This document shows, piece after piece, positions 9,945 through 19,720 of a stretch of 64,000 nt of DNA (positions within the stretch are counted from its first letter, which is position 1; each line of letters starts with the position of its first letter). The notes beneath the pieces were generated by a model that was not told the DNA's origin, made no database searches, and saw nothing but the letters and a program-made list of their open reading frames with translations. A program made the translations under genes and the position numbers. Location: NCBI GenBank assembly GCA_009693575.1, contig SHWZ01000005.1:8327-72326 (forward strand), given 5' to 3'. The stretch is from Flavobacteriaceae bacterium (lineage in GTDB: Bacteria; Bacteroidota; Bacteroidia; UKL13-3).

Positions 9945-11465
9945 ATGCAAACAATAAAACCAATAAAGAATGCACTGATTTCGGTGTACTACAAAGAGGG
10001 ACTGGAGCCAATCATCGCAGAAATGAAGCGGCTTGGTGTGATCATCTACTCAACAGGTGGCACACAAGACTTCCTTGAAAAACAGGGCATAGAAGTAATG
10101 CCGGTGGAAGATCTAACAGGCTACCCGAGTATTTTAGGTGGAAGGGTAAAGACACTGCATCCTAAAGTGTTTGGTGGCATACTTGGCCGCAGGGAAAACG
10201 AAACCGATATGGCTGAAATGCAACAATATGAAATCCCAGAGCTAGACTTAATTATTGTGGATTTATATCCGTTTGAAGAAACTGTAAAATCTGGTGCAGT
10301 AGAGGTCGAAATTATCGAAAAAATAGATATTGGTGGGGTTTCACTCATAAGAGCAGCTGCAAAAAATTTCATGCATGCTGCTATTGTTTCATCCAAAAAT
10401 GAATATGGCTTTTTGTTGGGGAAACTGCAATCTCAAAGTGGCACAACGTTAGAAGACCGAAGGCATCTGTGCAAGCAAGCATTTTTCACCACAGCACAAT
10501 ACGACAGCGAGATTTTAAAATATTTTTCTGGCAACCCGTTGGAGTTTCAGGCGGGGGCTTTTGGCTCACCAATGGGTTTGCGTTATGGTGAAAACCCACA
10601 TCAACAAGGTGCCTTTTTTGGTGATACAGAAAAATTGTTTGAACAACTGAATGGGAAAGAACTTTCGTATAACAACCTAGTGGATGTGGAAGCGGCAATG
10701 GAATTGGTTAATGAATTTGAGAAGCCCTCTTGTGTAATTATTAAACATACTAATGCTTGCGGAGCGGCTGAACGGGAAACAGCTTTGGACGCTTGGAGAG
10801 ATGCATTGGCGGGAGATCCAGTTTCAGCTTTTGGCGGAGTGGTAGCTTTTAATAGGGAAATAGATGCGGCTGTTGCAAAGGAAATTGACAGTATATTTTT
10901 TGAGCTACTGATTGCTCCTGCATTTACCAATGAGGCAATTGAAATTCTGAAATCAAAAAAGAACAGAATTGTATTGAAGTTGAAGAAATTTTCGCCAGCC
11001 AAATACCAACACAAATCATTGCTAGGGGGCGTGTTGGTGCAGCAAAAAGATATTTTTCAAGAACAAAAGACACACCTTAAAACGACTACAGAAAAGGCAC
11101 CAACCGAAGCAGAAATAAATGATTTACTCTTTGCTTTGCGATTGGTGAAACATACCAAAAGTAACACCATTGTGTTGGCAAAAAATAGACAGCTGCTAGG
11201 CAGCGGCTGCGGAATGACTTCGAGGGTGGATGCATTGAAACATGCTATCAAAAAATCCCAGGAATTTGGTTTTGATTTGAAAGGTGCTGTGATGGCAAGC
11301 GATGCTTTTTTTCCTTTCCCAGATTGTGTAGAGATAGCGAATGAGTCGGGGATAAAAGCAGTGGTGCAGCCAGGCGGTTCAGTGAAAGACCAACTTAGCA
11401 TTGACTACTGCAATCAACACCAAGTGGCCATGGTGTTCACAGGCATCAGGCATTTCAAACATTGA
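9945..11465 (+). CDS. purH: Bifunctional AICAR transformylase/IMP cyclohydrolase
   Basis: GRVKTLHP, LRYGENPHQ, SDAFFPF and RHFKH motifs; promoter TAATTTCG at 9923-9930. Confidence 0.98.
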   Translation: MQTIKPIKNALISVYYKEGLEPIIAEMKRLGVIIYSTGGTQDFLEKQGIEVMPVEDLTGYPSILGGRVKTLHPKVFGGILGRRENETDMAEMQQYEIPELDLIIVDLYPFEETVKSGAVEVEIIEKIDIGGVSLIRAAAKNFMHAAIVSSKNEYGFLLGKLQSQSGTTLEDRRHLCKQAFFTTAQYDSEILKYFSGNPLEFQAGAFGSPMGLRYGENPHQQGAFFGDTEKLFEQLNGKELSYNNLVDVEAAMELVNEFEKPSCVIIKHTNACGAAERETALDAWRDALAGDPVSAFGGVVAFNREIDAAVAKEIDSIFFELLIAPAFTNEAIEILKSKKNRIVLKLKKFSPAKYQHKSLLGGVLVQQKDIFQEQKTHLKTTTEKAPTEAEINDLLFALRLVKHTKSNTIVLAKNRQLLGSGCGMTSRVDALKHAIKKSQEFGFDLKGAVMASDAFFPFPDCVEIANESGIKAVVQPGGSVKDQLSIDYCNQHQVAMVFTGIRHFKH

Positions 11466-12370
11466 TGGGAAAAGTAGAACTTTTTTTTAATAAAAACCTT
11501 CCTTCGCGGGTTGATGAAATATATGACCCGCTCTTCGATGACAAGCAACTAAAAGTATATGTCAAGCGTGATGATCTGCTGCACCCACACATAAGCGGTA
11601 ACAAATGGCGGAAGCTAAAATACTTGCTTATGCAAGCAGAAGTGGAGAGCAAAAAGCATATTGTTTCTTTTGGAGGGGCTTACTCCAATCACTTACCTGC
11701 TTTGGCTGCAGCCTGTCATGAACTTGGGTTTGATTCAACGGGCATTATACGAGGAGAGGAACTGAATGATGAAAGCAATGCACAGCTTTCATTCTGCAAA
11801 AAAAAAGGAATGAACTTGATTTTTGTGGGGCGGGAAAAGTATAAAAATAAAAAACAAATTTTTGATGAATTTTTGGCATGGACACCAACCTCGGACAACC
11901 ATTTTGGACAAAGCAGCACTACACTATTTGTAGACGAAGGAGGCTACTCCATATTGGGAGCTAAAGGTTGTGAAGCAATCATTGATGAGTTGGAATGTGA
12001 ATATGATCATATAATTCTACCTGTAGGAACCGGAACTACTTTGGCAGGCATGGAGAATGCTATAAATCTATCAAAGACAAAACTTCACGGTATCGTAGTT
12101 TTAAAAGGTGCTGAATACTTGGCTGAGCAGATAAAGATATTAGCACCAGAAAGTACTAATTGGCAATTGCACCATCAATTTCATGCCGGTGGCTTTGCCA
12201 AGGCTACAAAGGAACTTCTAAAATTTATCCAAACAAAACAAATGGTTTGGAATATACCTTTTGAACCTGTTTATTCGGGCAAGATGGCCTTCGGGTTTTA
12301 TAGGTTGGCAAGTGAAGGATTGTTTGAAGAAGGGACAAAGGTGCTGATGGTGCATACGGGAGGACTTTAA
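11462..12370 (+). CDS. PLP-dependent ACC deaminase / D-cysteine desulfhydrase family protein
   Basis: KRDDL..ISGNKWRKL, SFGGAYSNH, EPVYSGK and HTGGL motifs. Confidence 0.92.
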   Translation: MMGKVELFFNKNLPSRVDEIYDPLFDDKQLKVYVKRDDLLHPHISGNKWRKLKYLLMQAEVESKKHIVSFGGAYSNHLPALAAACHELGFDSTGIIRGEELNDESNAQLSFCKKKGMNLIFVGREKYKNKKQIFDEFLAWTPTSDNHFGQSSTTLFVDEGGYSILGAKGCEAIIDELECEYDHIILPVGTGTTLAGMENAINLSKTKLHGIVVLKGAEYLAEQIKILAPESTNWQLHHQFHAGGFAKATKELLKFIQTKQMVWNIPFEPVYSGKMAFGFYRLASEGLFEEGTKVLMVHTGGL

Positions 12371-12441
12371 GTTAGTGACTCGTCCTAAAAAAAGTTTACA
12401 GTTTGCTCAACAAGGCTGATAAACAATTACCGAGTTAGCTA

Positions 12442-13035
12442 ATGGACTATTCCTACCTTTGCACTGTGCACGATATCGAACCCTATTTTAACTGGCGGAA
12501 CTTGTATACGAGTGAGAACGACCCTCGCTCACCTTACTACAAAAAAAAGCACAACGAGTTTGAATACCACAATAAAATTTACAACTTCCTTATTCACCCA
12601 CAATGGGATGAGTTTGGCTCAGCTACTTTATACTTGAAACTTCTTTTTGTAGATTATGCAGAAGGATATGCCGTTATTGAATTCATCGGCGAATGGAACG
12701 ATGCTGTGAACAACGACATCATGTGGTTAAAGCGGGAAGTGCTGGAGGTGCTGGCTACAGAGGGTATCGCTAAATATATACTCATTGGTGAAAACGTAAT
12801 GAACTTTCATAGCTCCGACGATTGCTACTACGAAGAATGGTTTCAGGAGGTGGGTGATGGTTGGATTGCTGCCATCAATTTCAAGAAACATGTGCAACAG
12901 GAATTTGGTAATGTGAATGTTGACTACTATCTCAATTTTGGCGGCGAACTGGACACCATGAATTGGCGTATACTTACTCCTCAATTGTTGTTTGAACGGG
13001 TGAGCTGGGTAATGGGTAGTCGGCTGGGAGCTTAA
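12442..13035 (+). CDS. Conserved hypothetical protein (possible STAS-like C-terminus)
   Basis: Clean 197-aa ORF, rich in aromatic and acidic residues (HPQWDEFGSATLYLK, IGENVMNFH). Confidence 0.75.
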   Translation: MDYSYLCTVHDIEPYFNWRNLYTSENDPRSPYYKKKHNEFEYHNKIYNFLIHPQWDEFGSATLYLKLLFVDYAEGYAVIEFIGEWNDAVNNDIMWLKREVLEVLATEGIAKYILIGENVMNFHSSDDCYYEEWFQEVGDGWIAAINFKKHVQQEFGNVNVDYYLNFGGELDTMNWRILTPQLLFERVSWVMGSRLGA

Positions 13036-13168
13036 TTCTAACTCACCATCCTACTGCCCAGTTAGATCAAAAGTAAAGTAACATGAGACCATAGTTGAAT
13101 AATCAAGACGTTTTGAAGCCAATTTGCGATAACACTTTATTTGTTTCAAGTTCAAGGTTACTTTTGTG

Positions 13169-13265
13169 CGGTGGAGTGAGTGTGAGAATTTGATGATGTG
13201 GAAGTGTGTTTAGTTTATTTATCCGAAGCCCTGCATCAAAGATTTTCAAATTAGCATCTCACCGA
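13169..13265 (+). ncRNA. Putative 6S RNA (6S-Flavo-like) or structured leader
   Basis: Follows promoter TACTTTTG (13159-13166). CGGTG pairs with CACCG (13260-64). TGAGAA-TTTGATG (13183-95) pairs with CATCAAA..TTTTCA (13234-48), giving a rod with internal bubbles. Confidence 0.5.
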
Positions 13266-13281
13266 ATTACTTAATACTTAA

Positions 13282-14694
13282 ATGTCCTTCTCTCCCCGCC
13301 AACCCGACGAAGACCCAGAAACCTTGAAGGCTGTAGAAGCCTTTGAGTTGATGTTGCAGGGCAAAGGGCCAGCCTATTTTGAAGAAGAGCAACTGGAAGA
13401 GATCATAGACCACTACATGATGAAAAGCCAGTTGAAGAAAGCTGAGATGGCCATAGACCATGCCGAACAAACCTATCCATATAGCACAGGGTTTTTGGTG
13501 AAACGTGCCTCCATCAACCTCATGAAAGGCGACCTGAAACAGGCCAACGAATTGATAGAAAAAGCCGAAACAATAGAGCCTAACAACCCCGATATTTATT
13601 TGCTAAAGGCAGAGCTGGCTTCGCAAAACGATGACTTTGACAAGGTAGAGGAATATTTCAAAAAAGCCCTAGCATATACCGACGACAAAAACGATGTGTG
13701 CTTTGGTATGGCCGTTATCTACATCAATGCCATGCGGTTTGAAAAAGCCGCCAACGTGCTGGAAAAAGTGGTGGAAAACGACCCCGAAAACGAACACGCC
13801 ATCTACGAACTGGCCATGTGTTACCACGAAAGCGGCAAGCACAACGAAGCCATTCGCTGGTTCAATAAATTTTTGGATATAGAACCTTACTCACCCTTTG
13901 CATGGTTCAACCTGGGAACTGCTTATTCGGCCAAAGGCCAAAATGCCAAGGCCGTGGAAGCCTACGACTATGCCCTCGTTATTGACGAAACCTTTGCCTC
14001 CGCTTGGTTCAACAAGGCCAATGCCCTGTATGAGCAAGGCAAGTATGATGAAGCCCTCGCCTGCTTCAAAACAGTGATGGAGATTGAGGGCAAGGATGCC
14101 ACCACCATGTGCAATATTGCCAACTGCTACCATGCTTTAGAGAATTTGGAAGAATCGGAAAGCTGGTACCGCAGCACCTTGGAAATGAACCCCAAATATG
14201 CCGATGCGTGGTTTGGCCTTGGTCTGTGTGCCGATAGCCGCAACCAGTTTGACAAAGCGGCATTCCACTACCGCCGTGCCTTGTTGATAGACGGCAGCAA
14301 CGCGGAATACCTACATGCTTTTGGGGATGTGAACTACGAACTGAACGAAATGCAGGCCGCCCTCCACTGCTACCAAAAGGTATGTGAACTGGAGCCCGAA
14401 AATGCAGATGCCTGGCACGACCAAGGTGTTACCCTCTTTGGCATGGGCCAAGTGGAAGCAGCTATAGAAGCCCTGCTGAAAGGCATGAAAATATTGCCTC
14501 AGCAAACGGAATTCCTGTACCGCATAGCATCCTTTCTTTTAGAAACCGCAGGCCGCGAAAAAGATGGCCTATTCTGGCTTGAAAAAGCCCTGCTGAAAGA
14601 GCCCGAAAAAGCCTATTGCCTGTTTCATTTTGAACCAAGCCTGAAAGACAACCCAAACGTGGCCGATTTGGTGAAGCGGTTTGAGCGGGGGTGA
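13282..14694 (+). CDS. Tetratricopeptide repeat protein
   Basis: Many 34-aa TPR units (AWFNLGTAY, AWFNKANAL, AWFGLGLC). Confidence 0.95.
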   Translation: MSFSPRQPDEDPETLKAVEAFELMLQGKGPAYFEEEQLEEIIDHYMMKSQLKKAEMAIDHAEQTYPYSTGFLVKRASINLMKGDLKQANELIEKAETIEPNNPDIYLLKAELASQNDDFDKVEEYFKKALAYTDDKNDVCFGMAVIYINAMRFEKAANVLEKVVENDPENEHAIYELAMCYHESGKHNEAIRWFNKFLDIEPYSPFAWFNLGTAYSAKGQNAKAVEAYDYALVIDETFASAWFNKANALYEQGKYDEALACFKTVMEIEGKDATTMCNIANCYHALENLEESESWYRSTLEMNPKYADAWFGLGLCADSRNQFDKAAFHYRRALLIDGSNAEYLHAFGDVNYELNEMQAALHCYQKVCELEPENADAWHDQGVTLFGMGQVEAAIEALLKGMKILPQQTEFLYRIASFLLETAGREKDGLFWLEKALLKEPEKAYCLFHFEPSLKDNPNVADLVKRFERG

Positions 14695-14732
14695 GGGGTT
14701 AATTTCGCAGCCTCCATTTCACTAACCCAGCC

Positions 14733-16433
14733 TTGGCCAAAAGACCCAACATCCGTTTTCAATCCCTAACCGGGCTGCTTCTTGCCACAGCTTTGCTGCT
14801 GGTTTTGAATTTGCTTTCGCAGCAGTTTTTCCTCCGACTCGACCTAACGGCTGAGAAGCGTTACACTCTGGCCAAGCCCAGCCGCGACTTGGCCAAAGGC
14901 TTGAAAGATGTGGCCTATTTCAAAATATACTTGGAGGGCGATTTCCCGGCAGGGTACAAGCACCTGCAAAAAGCCACGTTGGAGATTTTGGAAGAATACC
15001 GAGCGTATGCCGGGGCCAATATTGAATTTGAATTTGAAGACCCATTTGAAAAAGCAGGAACGCAGGAAGAGAAAGATAAAATAACTGAACAGCTATACAA
15101 GAAAGGGCTGCAACCCATGCCCGTGAAGTTGGATGAAACAGATGAACTTTCTACCAAAACTATTATACCCGGTGCTGTGGTCAGCTATCAAGGCAAAGAG
15201 TTTCCGCTGAACCTAATGCGACAGCAGTTTTTCCCGGGGGCCAACAACGAAGAGGAACTGAACAAGAGTGTAGAAAACCTGGAATACTGTATATCGGATG
15301 TGCTTCGCAAATGCGTGACCGAAAAGAAGAAACGCATAGGCTTCACTGCAGGCCATGGCGAACTGCCACGTGACGAGCTGGCCTCTGCCGCCAATGGGCT
15401 GATGGAAAGCTACGACGTGGAACGCATCAAGCTACAAGACCTGCCGCCCGTCGAACTAAACAAATATGATGTACTGGTTGTCGCCAAGCCAGATTCTATA
15501 TACAATCCTTACGAACGTTTTAAACTTGACCAATATGTGATGCACGGCGGCAAGGTTCTTTGGTTGGTAGAAAATGTGGTGGCCGATATGGATAGCATCA
15601 GCCGTTACAAAGAATTTCTGACCCCCACGATAGAAACAGGATTGGAAGAACTGCTCTTCAAATACGGGGCACGGGTGAACTACAGCCTGCTGAGCGATTT
15701 GCAGTGCAACTTTATACCCGTGATAAAACAGATGCAGAACGGGCAGCCCGGGCAGGATATGGTTCCATGGACATTTTACCCGATACTTTCAAGCACCTCC
15801 AAGCACCCCATCGTGAAGAACCTGGAACCTGTGTGGGGGCAGTTCACTTGCACCATTGACACAGTGGGCGGCAAGGGCATACGCAAAACGGTATTGCTCA
15901 GCAGCAGCGACCACAGCCGCACCCTCAGCAGCCCGGTGATGATTAGTATAAAAAACTCGGTGGTGAGGCAGCAAGATGTTGGGCTTTTCAACAAAGCTAA
16001 CCTGCCAGTATCGGTACTGTTGGAAGGCAAGTTCAAATCCTTTTTTGCCAACTACACCATGGACTCTGTGCCGGCAGAATTGGACTTCAAAAGCGAATCG
16101 CCCGAAAGCCGCATGATAGTGGTAGGCGATGGCGACATCATACGAAACCAGGTGAAACGCAGCACCGGAGAAATATATCCTTTGGGCTACGACCGCTATA
16201 CCCGCACCACCTTCGGCAACATGAAATTCATACAAAATTGTATAGACTACCTGCTGGATGGCCACGGCCTGATAGAAGTACGCACCAAAGAGTTTCAGGT
16301 GCGATTGCTCGACCGGGCAAAGGTGAAACAGGAACGCTTCAAATGGCAGGTAATCAATATGGCTTTGCCGCTGCTGCTGCTGTTTGTATTCGCTGGTGCA
16401 AACAATGCTGTGCGGAAGAAGAAGTATGGGTGA
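14733..16433 (+). CDS. gldG: Gliding motility-associated ABC transporter substrate-binding protein GldG
   Basis: RLDLTAEKRYTL, YLEGDFP, GHGEL, LDQYVMHGGK, LGYDRYT and a C-terminal TM helix; promoter TAATTTCG at 14700-14707. Confidence 0.93.
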   Translation: MAKRPNIRFQSLTGLLLATALLLVLNLLSQQFFLRLDLTAEKRYTLAKPSRDLAKGLKDVAYFKIYLEGDFPAGYKHLQKATLEILEEYRAYAGANIEFEFEDPFEKAGTQEEKDKITEQLYKKGLQPMPVKLDETDELSTKTIIPGAVVSYQGKEFPLNLMRQQFFPGANNEEELNKSVENLEYCISDVLRKCVTEKKKRIGFTAGHGELPRDELASAANGLMESYDVERIKLQDLPPVELNKYDVLVVAKPDSIYNPYERFKLDQYVMHGGKVLWLVENVVADMDSISRYKEFLTPTIETGLEELLFKYGARVNYSLLSDLQCNFIPVIKQMQNGQPGQDMVPWTFYPILSSTSKHPIVKNLEPVWGQFTCTIDTVGGKGIRKTVLLSSSDHSRTLSSPVMISIKNSVVRQQDVGLFNKANLPVSVLLEGKFKSFFANYTMDSVPAELDFKSESPESRMIVVGDGDIIRNQVKRSTGEIYPLGYDRYTRTTFGNMKFIQNCIDYLLDGHGLIEVRTKEFQVRLLDRAKVKQERFKWQVINMALPLLLLFVFAGANNAVRKKKYG

Positions 16434-16435
16434 AA

Positions 16436-16482
16436 GGGAAGTACGTCCCGATAGCTATCGGGATTGGGAAGTACGAAGTACG
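16436..16482. repeat. Palindromic element TCCCGATAGCTATCGGGA within GGGAAGTACG direct repeats and AAGTACG heptamers
   Basis: Perfect 18-bp palindrome at 16446-16463; GGGAAGTACG at 16436-45 and 16466-75. Confidence 0.85.
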
Positions 16483-16584
16483 AATGATTCAAATTAAAGC
16501 AACTACATCAAGCCTTCATTCGTTCTAACATTGCCCAAACTATTTTACCCAATTTGCCCAATTCACATACTTTACCTAATAATA

Positions 16585-17589
16585 ATGAAACGCAACCTCA
16601 TACTACTTCTTCTACTTCTATTGGCTTCGGGAGGCTATTGGCTTTTCAGCAAAGGATATTTCTCAAGCAAAAAGCCAGAGTTAAGTGATTTTGCGGTAGC
16701 CGACTCCAATAGCATCACCAAGATATTTTTGGCCGACAGGCTAGGAAATACGGTGACCTTGGAGCGGAAAGATGAAGTGTGGATGGTAAATGGAAAATTT
16801 GAAGCCCACCGAGGATATTTGAAGCAATTGCTACAGACAGTAACCAAAGTGCAAGTGAAAAGCCCAGTGCCTAAAGAGCAATTTAACGGGGTGGTGAAGG
16901 ACATAGCTGCCCAGCATGTTAAAGTAGAAATATACCAAGACAACGAATTAGAGAAGACCTACTATGTGGGCAACAGTACCCTGGACCGAATGGGAACTTA
17001 TATGCTCATGGACGGCAGCAGCTCTCCCTTTATATGTGAACTGACAGGGTTTGAGGGTTTTCTTACCCCTCGCTACATAACCAACGAACTCACATGGCGA
17101 AACAAGTGCATTTTCAATGTGCCATTGGAAAAGGTGAATAGTGTTTCTCTTAACTATACTGACAGCCCCAGCTTAGGTTTCACACTTACATGGAGCGGCA
17201 ATACTTTTCAGCTCAATGATGGCTTTGGCAAGGCAAATTCTTGGATTGTAGATACAGGTATGGTGCATTACTATCGTGGTTTGTTTGCAGGTGTTTATGC
17301 CGAAGCTTTCGGCACTGTGGAGTCCAGTGAAAATGTAGATTCTATCAGGAAATCAAAGCCCTGGTGTCTCTTGACAATTAAAAGCAACGAAAGGACTAGT
17401 TCCCTAGCAATCTATAAAAAGGGAGTAGACATACGTACCAAGATGCAGTACGATACCCAAGGCCGCCCTAATGGTTTCGATACAGAACGATACTATGCCT
17501 TCCTGAATGATGTCAATGAACCGATGCTAATTCAGGATTATGTGTTTGGAAACATACTGCGAAGGGCTAGAGATTTTGTAAGGAAATAA
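16585..17589 (+). CDS. DUF4340-like membrane-anchored protein
   Basis: N-terminal TM helix, W.VNG..A and GFEGFLTPRY motifs; typical position after gldG. Confidence 0.75.
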   Translation: MKRNLILLLLLLLASGGYWLFSKGYFSSKKPELSDFAVADSNSITKIFLADRLGNTVTLERKDEVWMVNGKFEAHRGYLKQLLQTVTKVQVKSPVPKEQFNGVVKDIAAQHVKVEIYQDNELEKTYYVGNSTLDRMGTYMLMDGSSSPFICELTGFEGFLTPRYITNELTWRNKCIFNVPLEKVNSVSLNYTDSPSLGFTLTWSGNTFQLNDGFGKANSWIVDTGMVHYYRGLFAGVYAEAFGTVESSENVDSIRKSKPWCLLTIKSNERTSSLAIYKKGVDIRTKMQYDTQGRPNGFDTERYYAFLNDVNEPMLIQDYVFGNILRRARDFVRK

Positions 17590-17662
17590 ATATGCATTTT
17601 GTGTGTAAAAATCAGTTACGTGGATAATACAACTTCTTAACTTTGCAGCCACAACATATCCT

Positions 17663-19552
17663 ATGAGCGACCCAATAAAACATGAGTGTGGAATCGCACT
17701 CATACGCCTGCTTAAACCCCTTGATTATTATAGGCAGAAATATGGCTCATCGTTGTATGGCCTAAAAAAGCTGTACCTGCTGATGGAAAAACAACGCAAC
17801 CGCGGCCAGGACGGTGCAGGGGTAGCCACCATCAAACTTGATCCAGAGCCAGGAAGCCATTATATAAACCGTCACCGCAGCTACGAAAGCAATGCGGTAA
17901 CCGATATTTTTTCTGAGATTTATAGGCAGATGCCCACCGATCAAGCAAAACTTGCCGATTCAGATTGGTTGAAGCAAAACGTACCCTATATGGGTGAACT
18001 GCTGATGGGTCACCTTCGCTACGGCACACATGGAAGCAATAGTGTAGACAAATGCCACCCAATGATTCGGGACAATAACTGGATGAGCAGAACATTGGTT
18101 CTTGCAGGTAATTTTAATCTTACTAATGTAGACGAGCTTTTCAATACTTTAGTAGAACTTGGGCAACATCCGATAGAGAAAGGTGACACAGTTACAGTAC
18201 TTGAGCGTATAGGCCATTTCTTGGATGAAGAAGTACAAGCAGAGTTTGAAGGATATAAAAGCAAGGGATTCGACAACCCACAAATAACCCAATTGATAGC
18301 GGACGGTATTTCGGTAGAGAAAGTCCTGAAACGAGCAACTAAAAAATTTGATGGAGGCTATGCTATTGCAGGTATGATTGGCCATGGAGACGGATTCGTG
18401 ATGCGTGATCCCAACGGCATTCGCCCAGCATATTACTACCATAACGACGAGATAGCTGTGGTGGCTAGCGAACGCCCTGCTATACAAACGACATTCAATC
18501 TTCAATACGAAGATATTTTGGAAGTGCCGCCTGGGTCAGCTCTCATTATTCGCAAAGATGGAAGGATTTATGAAGCACAAATAAACCCAGTGGCAGAGAA
18601 CAAAGCTTGTAGTTTTGAGCGGATTTATTTCAGCAGAGGCAACGATGCAGAAATATACAAGGAGCGAAAAATGCTTGGAAGATTGATTTCACCTATTGTG
18701 TTAAGTGCGGTCGACCACGACACGCAAAGCACCGTCTTCAGCTATATCCCTAACACTGCCGCCACCTCCTTTTATGGTATGATAGACGGGGTGCTTTCTT
18801 ATTTGGATGAATATAAGCGACAGGCTATAATGAACCTAGGGGGCAACATCACCGAAGAAAAGCTGACCGAAATATTAAGCCTGAAACCACGAAGAGAAAA
18901 GATAGCTGTGAAGGACGTAAAGCTTCGCACTTTCATAAGTGATGATACAAGCCGTGATGACCTAGTAGCACATGTCTACGATGTCACCTATGGTATCATT
19001 CGCTCTGGCAAAGACAATTTGGTAGTAATTGACGATTCCATTGTGAGGGGAACCACTCTTAAAAACTCCATCATTCGAATCCTTGACAGACTAAATCCCA
19101 AACGTATCATTATCGTTTCATCTGCTCCGCAAATCAGATACCCGGACTGCTATGGTATAGACATGAGCAGGTTGGGTGAATTTGTAGCATTTCAGGCCAT
19201 GATAGCCTTGGTGAAGGAAAGTGGCCAAGAGGATTTGCTAAAAGAAACATATGACCGATGCAAGATGATGCTTAGCATTCCGAAAGAGAACAATGTAAAT
19301 TTGGTAAAAGCCCTTTATGATCTATTTTCAGCGGATGAAATTACTCGAAGAATAGCTCAAATAATAACACCTGATGATGTGAAAGCAGAAGTACAGGTTA
19401 TTTATCAAACTATTGAAAATCTCCATATAGCTTGTCCTAAAAACCTCGGTGACTGGTATTTTTCTGGTAATTACCCAACTCCAGGGGGAAATAAGGTTGT
19501 AAATAAAGCTTTCATCAACTTTATGGATGGTGTGCATGAAAGGTCGTATTAA
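17663..19552 (+). CDS. purF: Amidophosphoribosyltransferase (long Bacteroidota type)
   Basis: HECG N-terminal nucleophile, RGQDGAG, GHLRYGT, VVIDDSIVRGTT and YPDCYGID motifs; promoter TAACTTTG at 17638-45. Confidence 0.96.
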   Translation: MSDPIKHECGIALIRLLKPLDYYRQKYGSSLYGLKKLYLLMEKQRNRGQDGAGVATIKLDPEPGSHYINRHRSYESNAVTDIFSEIYRQMPTDQAKLADSDWLKQNVPYMGELLMGHLRYGTHGSNSVDKCHPMIRDNNWMSRTLVLAGNFNLTNVDELFNTLVELGQHPIEKGDTVTVLERIGHFLDEEVQAEFEGYKSKGFDNPQITQLIADGISVEKVLKRATKKFDGGYAIAGMIGHGDGFVMRDPNGIRPAYYYHNDEIAVVASERPAIQTTFNLQYEDILEVPPGSALIIRKDGRIYEAQINPVAENKACSFERIYFSRGNDAEIYKERKMLGRLISPIVLSAVDHDTQSTVFSYIPNTAATSFYGMIDGVLSYLDEYKRQAIMNLGGNITEEKLTEILSLKPRREKIAVKDVKLRTFISDDTSRDDLVAHVYDVTYGIIRSGKDNLVVIDDSIVRGTTLKNSIIRILDRLNPKRIIIVSSAPQIRYPDCYGIDMSRLGEFVAFQAMIALVKESGQEDLLKETYDRCKMMLSIPKENNVNLVKALYDLFSADEITRRIAQIITPDDVKAEVQVIYQTIENLHIACPKNLGDWYFSGNYPTPGGNKVVNKAFINFMDGVHERSY

Positions 19553-19662
19553 TTCTGTTTGCCAGAATCAATATTAAAAGAATATTAATCATTGTGTTAC
19601 GTGCAATAAATGGAATTGCACTTTGCAAATTCCTGCCAAACCTTACATGAGGTCTGATTTAA

Positions 19663-19695
19663 TTTGGGAAGTGTTTGGGAAGACATCTACTTTTG
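19663..19695 (+). promoter_or_regulatory. Promoter with tandem TTTGGGAAG direct repeat
   Basis: TTTGGGAAG at 19663 and 19674 (11-bp period); TACTTTTG at 19688-95. Confidence 0.55.
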
Positions 19696-19720
19696 AAGTT
19701 CAAAGTAAGAAAAAACAACT

